64,000 nucleotides of DNA from Amphiscolops sp. MND2022 (lineage: Eukaryota). Below are positions 1-11,400 of this stretch, one piece after another (within the stretch, counting starts at the first letter, position 1; every line of letters begins with the position of its first letter). The DNA is taken from positions 61,876,001 to 61,940,000 of the forward strand of contig OZ076413.1 of NCBI GenBank assembly GCA_964187785.1. The letters run 5' to 3'. Below the pieces are notes generated by a model. It saw nothing but the letters and a program-made list of their open reading frames with translations, had not been told where the DNA came from and ran no database searches. The position numbers and the translations under genes are program-made.

Positions 1-1392
1 TTATGTAATTTTGTGTCTACTAGAGAATTGCTAAAATTCTGCTACTCGTGATAATTGTTGTTCAGCGGAACGTAGAAAATTAATGGGCAAATTATGAAAG
101 TGCAGTAATAATAGAACTGGAAACGAGTTCAAATGAATTCGTTCTCTATCTACGAGTACTCGCTGTCCTCAATTCATTGACAAATCAAAGCGCAAAAATT
201 AAACCAATTGTGATGAGGCCGTGTAGTCTTACAGTCCACTGCGGTTGAATTATCTAATGATCAGTACTGGTGTATAATTCAAGTACATTATTGTGGCCGG
301 ACGGACTGGTGGTCCGTCACGGTAGAATTACTGAATTAGTGTGAACTTTCGTACCATGTATTGTTGCTTTAAAAACGCATGTAAATGTTACATTAATACA
401 AGTTGGATTTTATCACACGTGAAATTAATACGGTATGTTGGCAACGCCCCCCTAGTATTGCTTCTATGCTATATTTAGTATGATGCATAATGACATCATG
501 ATGTTGTCATCAACAATAAATTAACCCAGATGCTATTAATAGTTGCGTGACCAACTCAATTTGTTGTCATGCAATGGAAAGTATATATAGTGGAGACCGG
601 CGGGACAAGAGAGAATCTTCTGTACCTTCACGATCAAACTCACGACCTACATATTACAATTAACTTGGAACACGATTGAATTTGCTTTCTATACCACTTG
701 TACTTATTTTATTATTAGTTAATTCACTGCTGACGTGGCAAGTTTTCCCAAATGCCCTCAACTAGAAAGCAGAAAGCTAAAGAGAGACGGTCTAGACAGT
801 TAGACATGATGTGTGACGTGAAAAAAGTTTATATAATGCTTGGTAGCTTCTCTAGAGATGATGATAGAAATGAACAAAGAGAAAAAAATGAATTAAACTT
901 GGACTCAGTGTCTAACAGGCCCCAACAAAGCTCCAATCTGATTGGAGAGGAATTTAGATCGTTAATCAACACTAACAGTAGAGAGAACAGTGAAATGACC
1001 ATTGAAACAACCAGGATGATTAGCGAGGAAATTACTAATCAAATGTCTAGGAAATTGAAAGAAATCAGAGAAAGCTTGAATTACCAAATACAGGACGCAA
1101 TCACAAGCGCAATTACAGATATAATGCTGCCTTCTATTCAAAACACGTTAGGTAAGCAGGAGAGAGTTACTTACACCGTGGTAGACCAAGGGTCTTGCGG
1201 GCCACACGAGGGCACTAAATCGGCTAATTTCACCACGGTGGACCAAGTGTCCAGTGGGCTACAGCGGAACCCTAAACTTGAAAGCGGCCAGAAAACACGC
1301 GAAAATCGCTGCAAGACATGGTTTACACAGGAAAATTGTAGACAAATATCTAAAGAGAGTTCACTCTTATATATGCGAACAAAATCGCGACA
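1..1392 (+). mobile_element. LTR-retrotransposon (Ty3/Gypsy-like) terminal fragment containing a gag/ORF1-like reading frame; left end probably outside the window
   Basis: TATA-like GTATATATAG near 580 upstream of a 224-aa ORF with a coiled-coil-like segment (ITNQMSRKLKEIRESLNYQIQDAITSAI), resembling N-termini of invertebrate Gypsy ORF1 (recalled, unverified). Coding-like character stops at ...AATCGCGACA (1392). Confidence 0.5.
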
Positions 1393-1426
1393 TAAAGGAT
1401 TTAGGAAGTGGAGAAGTGTATTATAA
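752..1426 (+). pseudogene. gag/ORF1-like retrotransposon ORF, frameshifted near 1365 and truncated
   Basis: ORF track 752..1426 (MPSTRKQKAKERRSRQLD...). The last ~20 codons look out of frame; an alternative frame reads EQNRD just before 1392. Confidence 0.45.
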
Positions 1427-1728
1427 ATTTTAACCGCCGCTTCATGGCCGCCGCCATTTTTTAATCCCCGCTTGTTTCTTCTCATAGAGTTAGTACATTT
1501 TTTTTGCTCGTGTTTTTTTGTATGAATGCACTGTAGCACTTAAACATGATTGTTTAAGCGTTAGTCATAGTGCGACACATTGTACAACCACTGTGCTTTG
1601 CTACTAGCCTGGTTGTGCGCGCCCTTCGTAATAAAAATGTTTAGGTCTGCGCTCTTTTCATATTCACATACAATGTTATCTCAGTTTGTAGAAGTAATAC
1701 TTGTATCAATTTGTTCGTGCATTCCTCA

Positions 1729-2318
1729 TTTTTAGTCGGCGTTTTCGAAGAAAATGCACGACTCTTACAGTAGCTAGTTTTTTTCGTCCGTTTAACGCGA
1801 TGGGTCCACTTTTTGTTCTTTTGTTCAACTCCTTCGCCAACTAACTTTCAGACTTCCAGAATCAGGAGAGCGTGGGTTCGAGTCTCGCACTGAACCACAA
1901 TTTTTTATTGTTTCCAAAAGTAGAGGTGAGACCAAAGGGTCCCCCCTTTTGAGTTTTTTTCGGCACTCTACGACTTTTTTCCGAAAGTTTTTGAATTCTA
2001 TCAAAAGGAACCCCCTGAATTTTTTGAAGTTGTCGGTTTGTAAAAATCGTTTATTGAGCCTAAAGGGTCTACTTTTGGGTTTTTCGGCATTAAGCTACTT
2101 TTTTTCCCGTATACTTTATTGAAAAGTTTTAATTTTTCTCAAAGGCAAATTAGTTTTTTCTGATGTTTTCAAGCTGGTTTTGATGAGTTTCGGGGAAAAC
2201 CCTTTCGGGATTCTTTGGCACTGTATGATAAATGAAAATTTCACAATAGCCTGAATTTCTCTTTGAATATTATTGAGCCTTAGATATGACGCCGACTTGG
2301 GCCGGTCCCGGTTTGTTT
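1729..2318 (+). mobile_element. Helentron-associated non-autonomous repeat (HINE-like), full-length copy
   Basis: 5' TTTTTAGTCGGCG with nearby inverted CGACT; 3' CGCCGACTT (inverted subterminal repeat) followed by stem-loop GGGCCGGTCCC and a T-rich end; internal GGTTCGAGTC. Many related copies in the window. Confidence 0.6.
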
Positions 2319-2631
2319 ATACTTCGAATAACGCCATTACGAGCAGTTTGACATGTTCCAGACAACGAATCAAAAAGATCCTTGTAACTCGTACGGAGTC
2401 AGTTTTATTGTCGACAGATGAAACACAACGACTGTTTTGTGGTTGCTAAAAGGCTCTGAACAGCAAGCTTTTCTTACAATATACTTACTCGTGCTTCACT
2501 TACTCAATCCCAAATTGAATAATAATCGACACTTTTAGAATAGACAAAAAACTAAGTGTCCCATGTTTTTTCACATGAATTTTGCACCTGGTGGAACAGA
2601 GGACATATGCTACAAAAAGCTAGGTACTTAC

Positions 2632-2857
2632 TGGGAACTCCAGCTTCACCCTGGGGCACATCCCACGTGACTTTGATGGAGGTGTCACTTACAAAACTTC
2701 CACTGAAATTGATCGGTTGGGCAGGTTGTGTGCAAGCGGAGCATGTTACAGCGGCAGAAACTTGTCCTTCGTAAACAGTTGTCACACTGTAGGTGTACTT
2801 CTTTGCCGGAATAAGACTTTGATCTGAGTATGGCGAGTTTGCCGGATCTAGGCCAGT
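2632..2857 (-). CDS. FN3-repeat protein, exon 14 of 14 seen (TGLDPANSPYSDQSLIPAKKYTYSV...SIKVTWDVPQGEAGVP)
   Basis: Acceptor ttttccag, donor A|GTAAGT; phase 0 start matches exon 13; FN3 L-x-P-x-x-x-Y and V-x-W motifs. Confidence 0.85.
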
Positions 2858-3632
2858 CTGGAAAATAACAGGACCGAAAATCTCAATTTTATGTCTCTTC
2901 TCAAGTTCTCAGAAGTTTTACAAACGATACAAATATCTACGACGGTGTTTTTGATATCAAATTGAAAAAGTGATTCTTTCCCTGCTATTACAAAAATCAA
3001 AGTTTCCTAAACAAATCAGGGTCGTCATCAGTCTTTGAAAGCGCGACATGAAAAATTAGCAGAGCCGAAATACTAACAAGTTGCCTTCCTAATGTGATTC
3101 ATACATGACAAGACGCCCACTGAGCATCAAGTTATTTTCCGCCTCGAACTGTTGTAGTTGAAGCGCGAATTATTTTTTAAAGGCTCGAGCCATTAAATTA
3201 TGCATGAGAAGATCGAAAATTTTCCGGAATTGAGAAGAGAGAACACGGAGCAAACGAAATAGATTTGTTCCAATGGTCTACCCTAGAAAAACTTGACGTC
3301 TGAAAGAGCTGAATTTTTTTAGAGGCGCTTTAGTAACTATTCGAAAAAAGCCAGCTTTATCAGGTATCAGGATGTAACAATACGAGCGTCATTGGTTTCT
3401 TTAATAACAGATCTTGAAAATGGGTTTTGTTTTTATGTCGACAGTCTAAATGGAAGAGGAATTGTAGTAAAGGAAAATTGTACTGCAGGACTCTTACTCT
3501 ATCAAATGATCAAAAATCATATGCACTATTCTCAAATTATGGTTCCAAACTCGGCTTTTCCTGGTTTTTACATCAAAGAATCTCCTTTCACCTAATTTAA
3601 CGAAGTCTAGTGCATTTTTGTTTTAAGGTATC

Positions 3633-4810
3633 TTTTAGTCGGTGTTTTCGAACAAAAAGCACCATTCTTACAGTGGCTAGTTTTCAGACTTTGAAAAGCA
3701 GGAGAGCGTGGGTTCGAGTCTTGCACTAAACCACAATTTTTTTAATACTTCCAAAAGTAGAGGGGAGACAAAGGGATCTTTCTTTTGGTTTTTTCGGCAC
3801 TATGAGACTTTTTTCCGAAATTTTTTGAATTCTATCAAAGGGTAACCTTTCCCTAGGTTACAGGAATTACAAATCTTGCAAAATTCACCCGAAATTCTTG
3901 CCAACTTTGCTTTTCTTACAAGAATCTTATAAATTTGTACAAGAAACTCAAATTTTGCAAATTTGTTACAATGTCGAACATTTCTTACAAGATTCTGATA
4001 ACATTTTTGCAAAAATTGCATTTTTTTTCGTAATAAATTTTTACAAAAATTACGATGTGATATTTCGACCAAAAATTCAAAAATCATCAAATTACCAGCA
4101 ACAACAGCCACATTTACCGTTTACAATGCAAAGACTGCCCCAGGATCCCAGAAAAATGGTCAAAATAGTTAATTTTGACCAAGAAGAATTTACATGCAAT
4201 TTTACCCCCAAAAGTTACTATAACGTATTCCGGTAAACCACCACCAACTAACAATACATTAATTTACACCAATGCAAAACCAAAATACCCTTATATGTCT
4301 AGCAGGTCAAACTACGACTGAATGGGTAACTCTGGATCAAAAATCATCACAAGCAACCCACTCAATGTTTGAAACGAGCAAGAAAAGAGAAAAAACCACA
4401 TCACGAATATCAGTCTGAAAACTATAAGTCCACAGCTCCGAACGGCGAAAGTTCAGAGACTATTACTGTTGCGAACCAAATGCATCGTACTACGCTTCAC
4501 CATTCTCTCAATAATGGATGATGCAATTGTATCATACTTCCCGTTCAGATAGTGATTTTTAAAGGCGATCAGATTTTATCTGAAGCAAGAAAAAAATGCA
4601 ATTTTTGTAAGAAATTTGTCAAAATTATGCATTGTTTGTAACATTCTGAGCAGAAAAATGCAAATCTTGCAAGATTTTTGCAAGAGTTAGATTCTAAAAA
4701 TGCATTTTCTTAGAAGATCTTACAAGAATTCTTGTAAGAGTTTTGCAAGAGTTGTAGTTTTTGTAACCTAGGGTTTTTGAAGTTTTCGGTTGAAGAATCC
4801 ACATAAGACT
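3633..4810 (+). mobile_element. HINE-like repeat copy interrupted by a CCC-ended MITE
   Basis: TTTTAGTCGGTG start and GGGTTCGAGTC segment match the 1729-2318 copy; similarity resumes after 4773 (TTTTTGAAGTTTTCGGTT). Confidence 0.55.
3851..4773. mobile_element. Non-autonomous DNA transposon (CCC-ended, CMC/EnSpm-like MITE)
   Basis: TIR CCCTAGGTTACA / TGTAACCTAGGG, TT 2-bp TSD, subterminal arrays of TTGCAAGA/TCTTACAAG-type motifs. Confidence 0.75.
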
Positions 4811-4892
4811 ACAACAGATTTGTTGCGGTCACTGTTTTTCCCCGAATGGCGTTGTAATGAACTAAATAGTTCAATTTTGGTTCCTAACTCAC

Positions 4893-5320
4893 CAGGTATT
4901 CATAACCCAGATCGTCTCTTTGAACTGAAAATGTTCCAATTTGCCCATCAGTGCTTGCCTGCGCGATTGTCAGTTGCAGTTCAGTGGAGCTCTCTGTCTC
5001 GATCGTACAAGTAGGATCGGCCGGTTTCGTATGTATCGTCAATGTTGTATAGGGACTACACATTTCTGAGTCTACTGGAGTTGCTGTGTCGCTGAAGTCG
5101 GTCAAACCTATGTGGTCTTTGCAGGCAGTGACACCGATTACGTAATCGGAGGCTGGTTCCAAAGCAGTGCTACCACCGTCAACAACGGATGTAACTGCGT
5201 CCGTTTTTTCAGTTACACCCGCGAGAGCTTTCGCGAATTCGGTAACACGAGCTGCAGTTGCAGTTGAGTCAACACCTGTTGCCACTGATTCCACAATTTC
5301 TCCGATGTCCAGATAGTAAC
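4893..5320 (-). CDS. FN3-repeat protein, exon 13 (GYYLDIGEIVES...LEPASDYVIGVTAC...GYEYL)
   Basis: Acceptor tggcag, donor CTG|GTGAGT; phase 1 to 0; within ORF 4884..5327; FN3 LEPASDY motif. Confidence 0.85.
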
Positions 5321-6655
5321 CTGCCAAAATTCAATTAGCGTCGTTTGCTCTCACGACTCGGCATGAGTTACTATTTCACTACAATAGCAAACAATCATAG
5401 AAGTAGGGTTCATTATTGAAAGTCATTCATAATTTAGTTTGATTTATTTGTTTTGTCTGTTTCATATTGTGACAGTAAAATTAACTTCAAAGTCTCGTTT
5501 TGCCACTAACTTTGCCACTAAGATAGATCTTCTTTTAAGATTAAGGACCAGAAGCTTAGTTTTGTAGAAAATATTTAACAGTGAAGTTTTTTTCAAACTT
5601 TGAGGGACCTTTTCTTTGGGAAAACGCATTCATTTTTCTCGTTTAGCTTGTGTTGCCATAGATGTTAATGAAGAAAAGTATGTCTGAACTTAAATCTGGA
5701 CCAATCTTCAAACAAGAATTCTTCTGCTATGCTTTCATGTAACTATTCTTAACTTACTTACAACACCTAACTATAAGTTGGGTGACAAGAGATTTTTTCC
5801 TTTTCTTCTGTTCATATTTCAAAAATCATACACTTCTTTTAAAATTTCGGCTACATGTAAACCTCTTCGAGTTTTCTTTGAGAAAACAAGGAATGAGCAA
5901 CGAAAAAAATCAAGTATAGAAACAATCCAGTAAAAGTGTTCTACAGTTTACTGAAGGACTGTTTTGACAATTGAACCAAAAATGGAGAATCTTTAACAGT
6001 CACCGAAGACCATAGTGAAAAAAAAGTCAAGAAATGGGTTTCAAGTTCTTTTAAATAGCTAAATTTCTTATTCATTCATGTTTTCATGTTTGATAATTCA
6101 CATATTTTACATTCAAACCGATTTGGTCACCGCTTTGGTAGGATTATAAGAGCGACATTTTCAATACCCGGTCAACTGAGAAAGTAAGTCTTCCTAATAT
6201 TTTACAATTAGCATAAAATAGCGGTTCGCAGATCCAATGGTTCATTTCCTAAGAAGAGTGCTTCAGAAGCAGAAGGCCGAGTGTTCTCACGCTTCTGGGG
6301 TATAGATTTCGTTTCATGTTTTCTCAGTTAAAATAATTGCCGTTCCGATACAACCTAATAGCAGTGGTTGCGGAAAACTCACCAGCTTAATGAAATTTCG
6401 AAAATACCAAACCGAGTGAGTTTCTATTCAAATCATGTTTACAGAGAAGGTTTTAACAGAGCTTCTTTTGAGCGGCATATTAAAGCAGTTGTAATTAAAG
6501 CCCTTTTTTGCGGTGAAATCATACATAAAACTTTTATCACATCTTCTAAATCTATGAAAGAAAAGTTTGAACTTCTTGCTTGTATTTTTCTGGTTGTGGA
6601 TTTTCAACGGAAAAGTGGCAAAAACGGAAAACCGAAAATTGGAACTCTTAATCAC

Positions 6656-6808
6656 CATCTACGCCATTCTCCGGGGAGTCCCATTTAACAGTTGCTGATG
6701 TGGTCGTGGATGCTGTTTGTCTCGGGTTGAGGGGTGATTCGGGATGGGTGCCGAATTTGATTGTTGGACTAGCCGCACTCGCTATACCAGCTTCTCCAAC
6801 CAGGTATC
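6656..6808 (-). CDS. FN3-repeat protein, exon 12 (GYLVGEAGIASAASPTIKFGTHPESPLNPRQTASTTTSATVKWDSPENGVD); absent from the ORF track
   Basis: Acceptor aatttcag, donor GATG|GTGATT; 153 nt, phase 1-1; supplies the G strand of one domain and A-B strands (V-K-W) of the next. Confidence 0.8.
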
Positions 6809-7090
6809 CTGAAATTGTCACTTTTCAGTTCATTTCAAGTTTTTGTTTACGTGAGCGAAAAGTTTCGAAGCAAATTGTGGGAGATTATTCGAGATTTTGC
6901 TGGTTTTATTCGTTTGAAACTCGATTTCATCAAATGTTCAAATTGGATTTTTCTCTACTGCGGATACAAAAAATAATAATAATAATAAAAATAATTTATT
7001 TCATTTGGTCATACATATTACAAAAAACAAACAAAATTTCTGACCAAATAAGATTTACCAAAAGCCAATGCCAGCTTGAAGGAGACCTTC

Positions 7091-7889
7091 CCCAGTGACA
7101 CGAATCTTGGTAGCCTTGCCAAGATCTTGGAAAAACATGGAAACGCATGGTAGGCTTACCAAGACGCATGGAAAAACATGATGCATGGAACGCTTGCCAA
7201 GATCATGGCAAGATCATGGCAAGATCTTGACAAGATAACCATGGTAAGACATGTAAGCTGGTATTAATTGTGCATAATTTATTCTTTTCGCAAAAATTCT
7301 TTGTCGTCTGCAATTTTTGAATTAGCCATTGTAATAACTTTGGACATAATATTTATTGATTGAAAATAGTTTTTAATTGAAAATTATCCAAAATTTGCTC
7401 AATAATTCGCTGCACCTATTGACCGAGTTTTGTTACTTGAGAGCACGGCATTGTTACTACTAACATGACTTATCATACCAAGCAAACTCCGAATCAAGTT
7501 ATTGCAACTTGCGGGTTTGCGATATCGGTGTGAAAACCAACTTTTCTAGCGATGATTTTTTTAAAATTATGCAAATCATGCTATTACCTGATCTATTGAG
7601 GTAACGGGTTCTAATTACTGAATCTTGGAATGCTTTGCAAAATGCATGAAAAAATCCTGGTTGGATTGGCAAGATGGATAGAAAAATCTTGGTATGCTTG
7701 GCAAGACACATGGAAAAGCTTGGTAAGATACATGGAAAATCTTGGTACGCTTGGTAAGACGCATGGTCAGCCTTGCCATGATCTTGCATGATCATGGTAG
7801 CCTTGGTAAGATCTTGGCAAGATCTTGCCAAGATCTTGGCAAGCATACCCATGCATCTTGGCAAGCGTGCCAAGATTCGTGTCACTGGG
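7091..7889. mobile_element. Non-autonomous DNA transposon (CCC-ended, CMC/EnSpm-like MITE)
   Basis: Perfect 20-bp TIR CCCAGTGACACGAATCTTGG / CCAAGATTCGTGTCACTGGG, TC 2-bp TSD, many palindromic CCAAGATCTTGG subterminal motifs. Confidence 0.8.
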
Positions 7890-8204
7890 TCCTTACAGCA
7901 GGTTGCTAGCTCATCATTCTCGCAATCAGAAATCAAATCACAAACAGAGTTCGGAGAAATGAAGCATTTCAATACAGAGAACTAAAACCAGCTTTCCAAA
8001 AAAGCTTGAAAAGATAATATGTTGATTTTTGTGGATAGCACTGTAGGCTTGATAGTTTTGCAAATACTAGTTCCGCAAGTTGCAATTGTCAACGGTTAGC
8101 CAATAGTTTAGGGAGCTGAGAAAAGCCATAAAATATAGCGATTTTCGACTGAAAATTCGTATCTCACACCCTTGTTGATATAGTTTTTATTTAGCGCTTC
8201 TGCA

Positions 8205-8695
8205 CACCTGATGCCCGACTTTACTGGCCCAGGAGTTTTCAATGCTAGTAGTAAAAGTACGTGGCATTATAAGCGGGGGAAGGGGGGTTGAGTGAGTAAC
8301 CAAATATGGTCATAACGCGGACTCCAAATGACGTCATGATTGCGACACGATGACGTAACCGAAGGTCAAAAATACTCACTCACGGAGAGCCGACTAGAAA
8401 CCGAAACAAAATTACACAACCTTGAAAAAAGAGCCTGGATTTTTTTGTTTCTATTTCAGGCAATGAAAGGTTGCGTAATTTTGTGTCGGCTCACCGTGAG
8501 TGAGTATTTTTGACCTTCGGTTACGTCATCGTGTCGCAATCATGACGTCATTTGGAGTCCGCGTTATGACCATATTTGGTTACTCACTCAACCCCCCCCC
8601 CGCTTATAATGCTACGTACTTTTACTACTAATGCTCCAGGGGAGCATAGATGTAGACTCCTTGGAACTCTAACGCGGGATTTTTTGCATCAGGTG
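8205..8695. mobile_element. Very small TIR element (~100 bp excluding the insert) hosting the Maverick-like insertion
   Basis: TIR CACCTGATGC / GCATCAGGTG flanked by GCA on both sides (8202-8204, 8696-8698). Confidence 0.4.
8247..8629. mobile_element. Fold-back non-autonomous element with Maverick/Polinton-type termini
   Basis: AGTAGT...ACTACT ends; 6-bp TSD AATGCT (8241-8246, 8630-8635); near-perfect inverted arms 8247-8394 and 8485-8629, extendable to ~8422/8467; no ORF. Confidence 0.75.
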
Positions 8696-9351
8696 GCAGA
8701 AGGTAATGGAGTATGATACATGCATGAACTATCATACTCCATATTCGAGAGAAAGTACCTGTATAATATCGTCACTATACGTCTTTGAAATACAAAAATT
8801 TCGCAGCTCAAAGGTACCTTGTATGAGTTGGAGGAATGACTAGCATTATGGTGTCATTACAAATTGTGAAACAATGTACCATTTAAGGTTTGCGTCTGAC
8901 GACACTTTACAGAGGTGCAAAAATTGTAACTCTTGACATTTTCGCCAAAGGCAGTTCTTTCTCTGTTTTTTGAAGCAAACGGAAACTTTCTTGACAATGT
9001 TTACTTTTCTTTCTATTTTTTTACTATCAGATCGATCAACTCAGTGATGTTGGAAAAGTGTCCTGACTAAAAACGTGTCAGCATACATCGTCATTGGCAC
9101 GGCTAACTCAGAAAAGAAAGACGACCAAGTTGATTTAACGAAATTGAAAAAAAGCTTGTGGTATAGAAATTTTCGAATTAATAATATTAAATTACTCAAT
9201 AACATTTCAACTGCTCGGCAAGAAGCTCTATTCGGTCATCTAATCAGCAAGAGGTTTCACCAATGATATGGCTTCAAAGAGTGAATTGGATGGTAATTCG
9301 GAAGGCCGACTAAAAGTCTTATGTCTTCAAAGATCTCTCGAAACGGCTTAC

Positions 9352-9455
9352 CCACATATTCGTAGATGCTAGCTGGTTCAAGTCCGCTGTCAACATGGGG
9401 ATTCTCAATATCACCCTGGATCTTGACGCCCCCTCGTTTCAAAATGTATCCAAAC
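9352..9455 (-). CDS. FN3-repeat protein, exon 11 (FGYILKRGGVKIQGDIENPHVDSGLEPASIYEYV)
   Basis: Acceptor cattttag, donor GTGG|GTAAGC; phase 2 to 1; GLEPAS-x-Y motif. Confidence 0.85.
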
Positions 9456-9634
9456 CTAAAATGTGTAAATTTTATGGCTCAGCCGTTGTCTCAAAATCAT
9501 TAAACACAACATTATTGGAATATCAACTTTCTTCTGTAGTGCTATGCAATCGACGAGTTTATACTGAACATTTGCTAACACTAATGTTTCGAACTAAAGA
9601 TAGAATCAAACTGGATAAAAAGAAATTTCCAAAC

Positions 9635-9817
9635 CCAGAAGCAGGCGTAGTTCCGTCTGCCAAGAAGAAGTTGATTGTTATGGTAGTTGGGTCATCGATT
9701 GAAGTCTCAGCTGTGAGAATAGGGTTCTTCGACAGGGTGAACGCAGAAAGACTCACGGGAGACGAATACACGGGCGTTTCCGTTGTTGCTGGTGGAGCAA
9801 TGCACTCTTTCAAAGTC
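9635..9817 (-). CDS. FN3-repeat protein, exon 10 (TLKECIAPPATTETPVYSSPVSL...DGTTPASG)
   Basis: Acceptor gttttag, donor TCTGG|GTTTGG; phase 2-2; within ORF 9559..9813. Confidence 0.8.
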
Positions 9818-10754
9818 CTAAAACCAGTGAAATTTGATTACACCTCTCCAAGATATATTCAAAAGCCAAATGAAAGTCCATTTCTCCCAATCGAAAAGCA
9901 GTTATGAAGCTCATCTAAGGTTTTTGATTAGTTTCTTCATATCTTTTTCATATCTAGCCAATCCAACCAATACGATTATCTATTTACGTTGAATAAAAAG
10001 ATGTCAAGATCTAGCTTGTATTTCTATCCAACTTAAATTTAACATGTATTACCGCGTTACCCCTAAAAAAGTTCAATTCAAGTAATAAACAGTTCTGTTT
10101 TGAATAAAGTTAGCGAAACCCTTTGAGTGTATGACTTGCTTGGAGAGGCAATCTATGAACGTAAAGTGTAACAATAAAGTGTTTCAAAAGCGTCATTTTG
10201 ATAAGAAAATGAGAGAAAGAAATTTTATCTGGAAGACAAACTGAACACTTTTCTCCTATCCACTCCTCTCTATTCTATACTTGTGGCACGTCAACAATCC
10301 TCTGTAGTACCCTATAGTCACGGATGCTTGCCAAAAAATTCGGCCACAAAACCCTCTCAAATCTTTGAAGCTTTGCTGTTATGTTCGTTTTCTGAGGTCA
10401 TTTTTCGTTTAATTTTGGTTCCCTAGTAACCATTGCACGTATTGAAAAGTCATTGTTCATTTTGAGATAAAATTTAACGTTGGTTCCACCAAAAAAGGAT
10501 CTTGGGTTAAATATTGAAACCTTTTTGCAAAGCAAACGTTTCACGACCTTTTTTTTCGAAAGTGTAGCTTGTATTTTTTTATAAACCCCGTTTTCCATAC
10601 GTTTGTTTTTGTAAGTAGCATTCCTCAGCAGCGTATAGGGCTTCTTTTAGTTCTGTAGGTTTGCTGGATTTGTTTTGTTGTGATAATCATATTCCAACAA
10701 AGGTTGACGTTTTTCGAGAATACGTGGTTTTGCTAAAATGGCTTTGTCTTGTCA

Positions 10755-11400
10755 TTTTTAGTCGGCGCTTTTCTTTTAAAAAGAGCGACTATCGTCGTGG
10801 CTTGTCGGCAGTTTTTTTCGATACATTTGAACTGTCCAGAATAATTATGCCAAAAGTTTTTCAACTTCTCACCGCCACTTGGCCTAGTGGTTAACGCGGA
10901 TTTCCCTTCCTAGTGAGAAGCAGGGACACTAAATCAAAAATTTGTTTATGTTTGCAAAAGAGAGGAGACCAAATTCGGTTAAAAAATTCCCCCAATTTCG
11001 TTTTTTTGGAGGTTATCGGTAACAGAAAATAGTTTCCGGAGTCCTCAGGGTGATCTCTTTGTTACTTTTTGATCCTGTGGAACTGGCGAGTTTTCTTAAT
11101 GATTGTGGAAAAACTTTTTTCAGCCTTTTCGGCTCGGTGCGTCTTTTATAGCTGATTTCAGCTTCTAAAAAAGCGAGCTGAAACCTTTTGCGGCACTATA
11201 AGACACCTGTTTTCATTTGGTAAAAGGGACCTCCGTCACTGTTGAAAAAGTTTTCGTCGCGAAAGTATCGTTTTTCGGCACCCAGAGATTTTTTCGAAAA
11301 AAGTTTCAATTTTTCTTTCAAAATCTGGGCTTTTTTGTTGTTTCAAGTTAGTTTTACCCCGTTTTCGATTTTAATGCCGTTTTCAAAAAACTTTGCTATG
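10755..11400 (+). mobile_element. HINE-like repeat copy, 3' end not seen
   Basis: TTTTTAGTCGGCGCTTTTC...GAGCGACT start; carries a tRNA-like A-box segment TGGCCTAGTGGTTAA near 10879; right boundary approximate. Confidence 0.5.

Noticed and set aside
4884-5327. Truncated FN3 domain lacking A-B strands in exon 13
   Set aside because: Resolved by finding exon 12 (6656-6808), which supplies the missing strands.
7499-7972. 157-aa ORF (LARLPRCMGMLAKILARSCQDL...) and similar ORFs at 3800-4236, 37723 and 40471
   Set aside because: Products of translating palindromic CAAGATCTTG-type MITE repeats.
9395-9907. 170-aa plus-strand ORF
   Set aside because: Antisense shadow of FN3 exons 10-11 with no recognisable motif.
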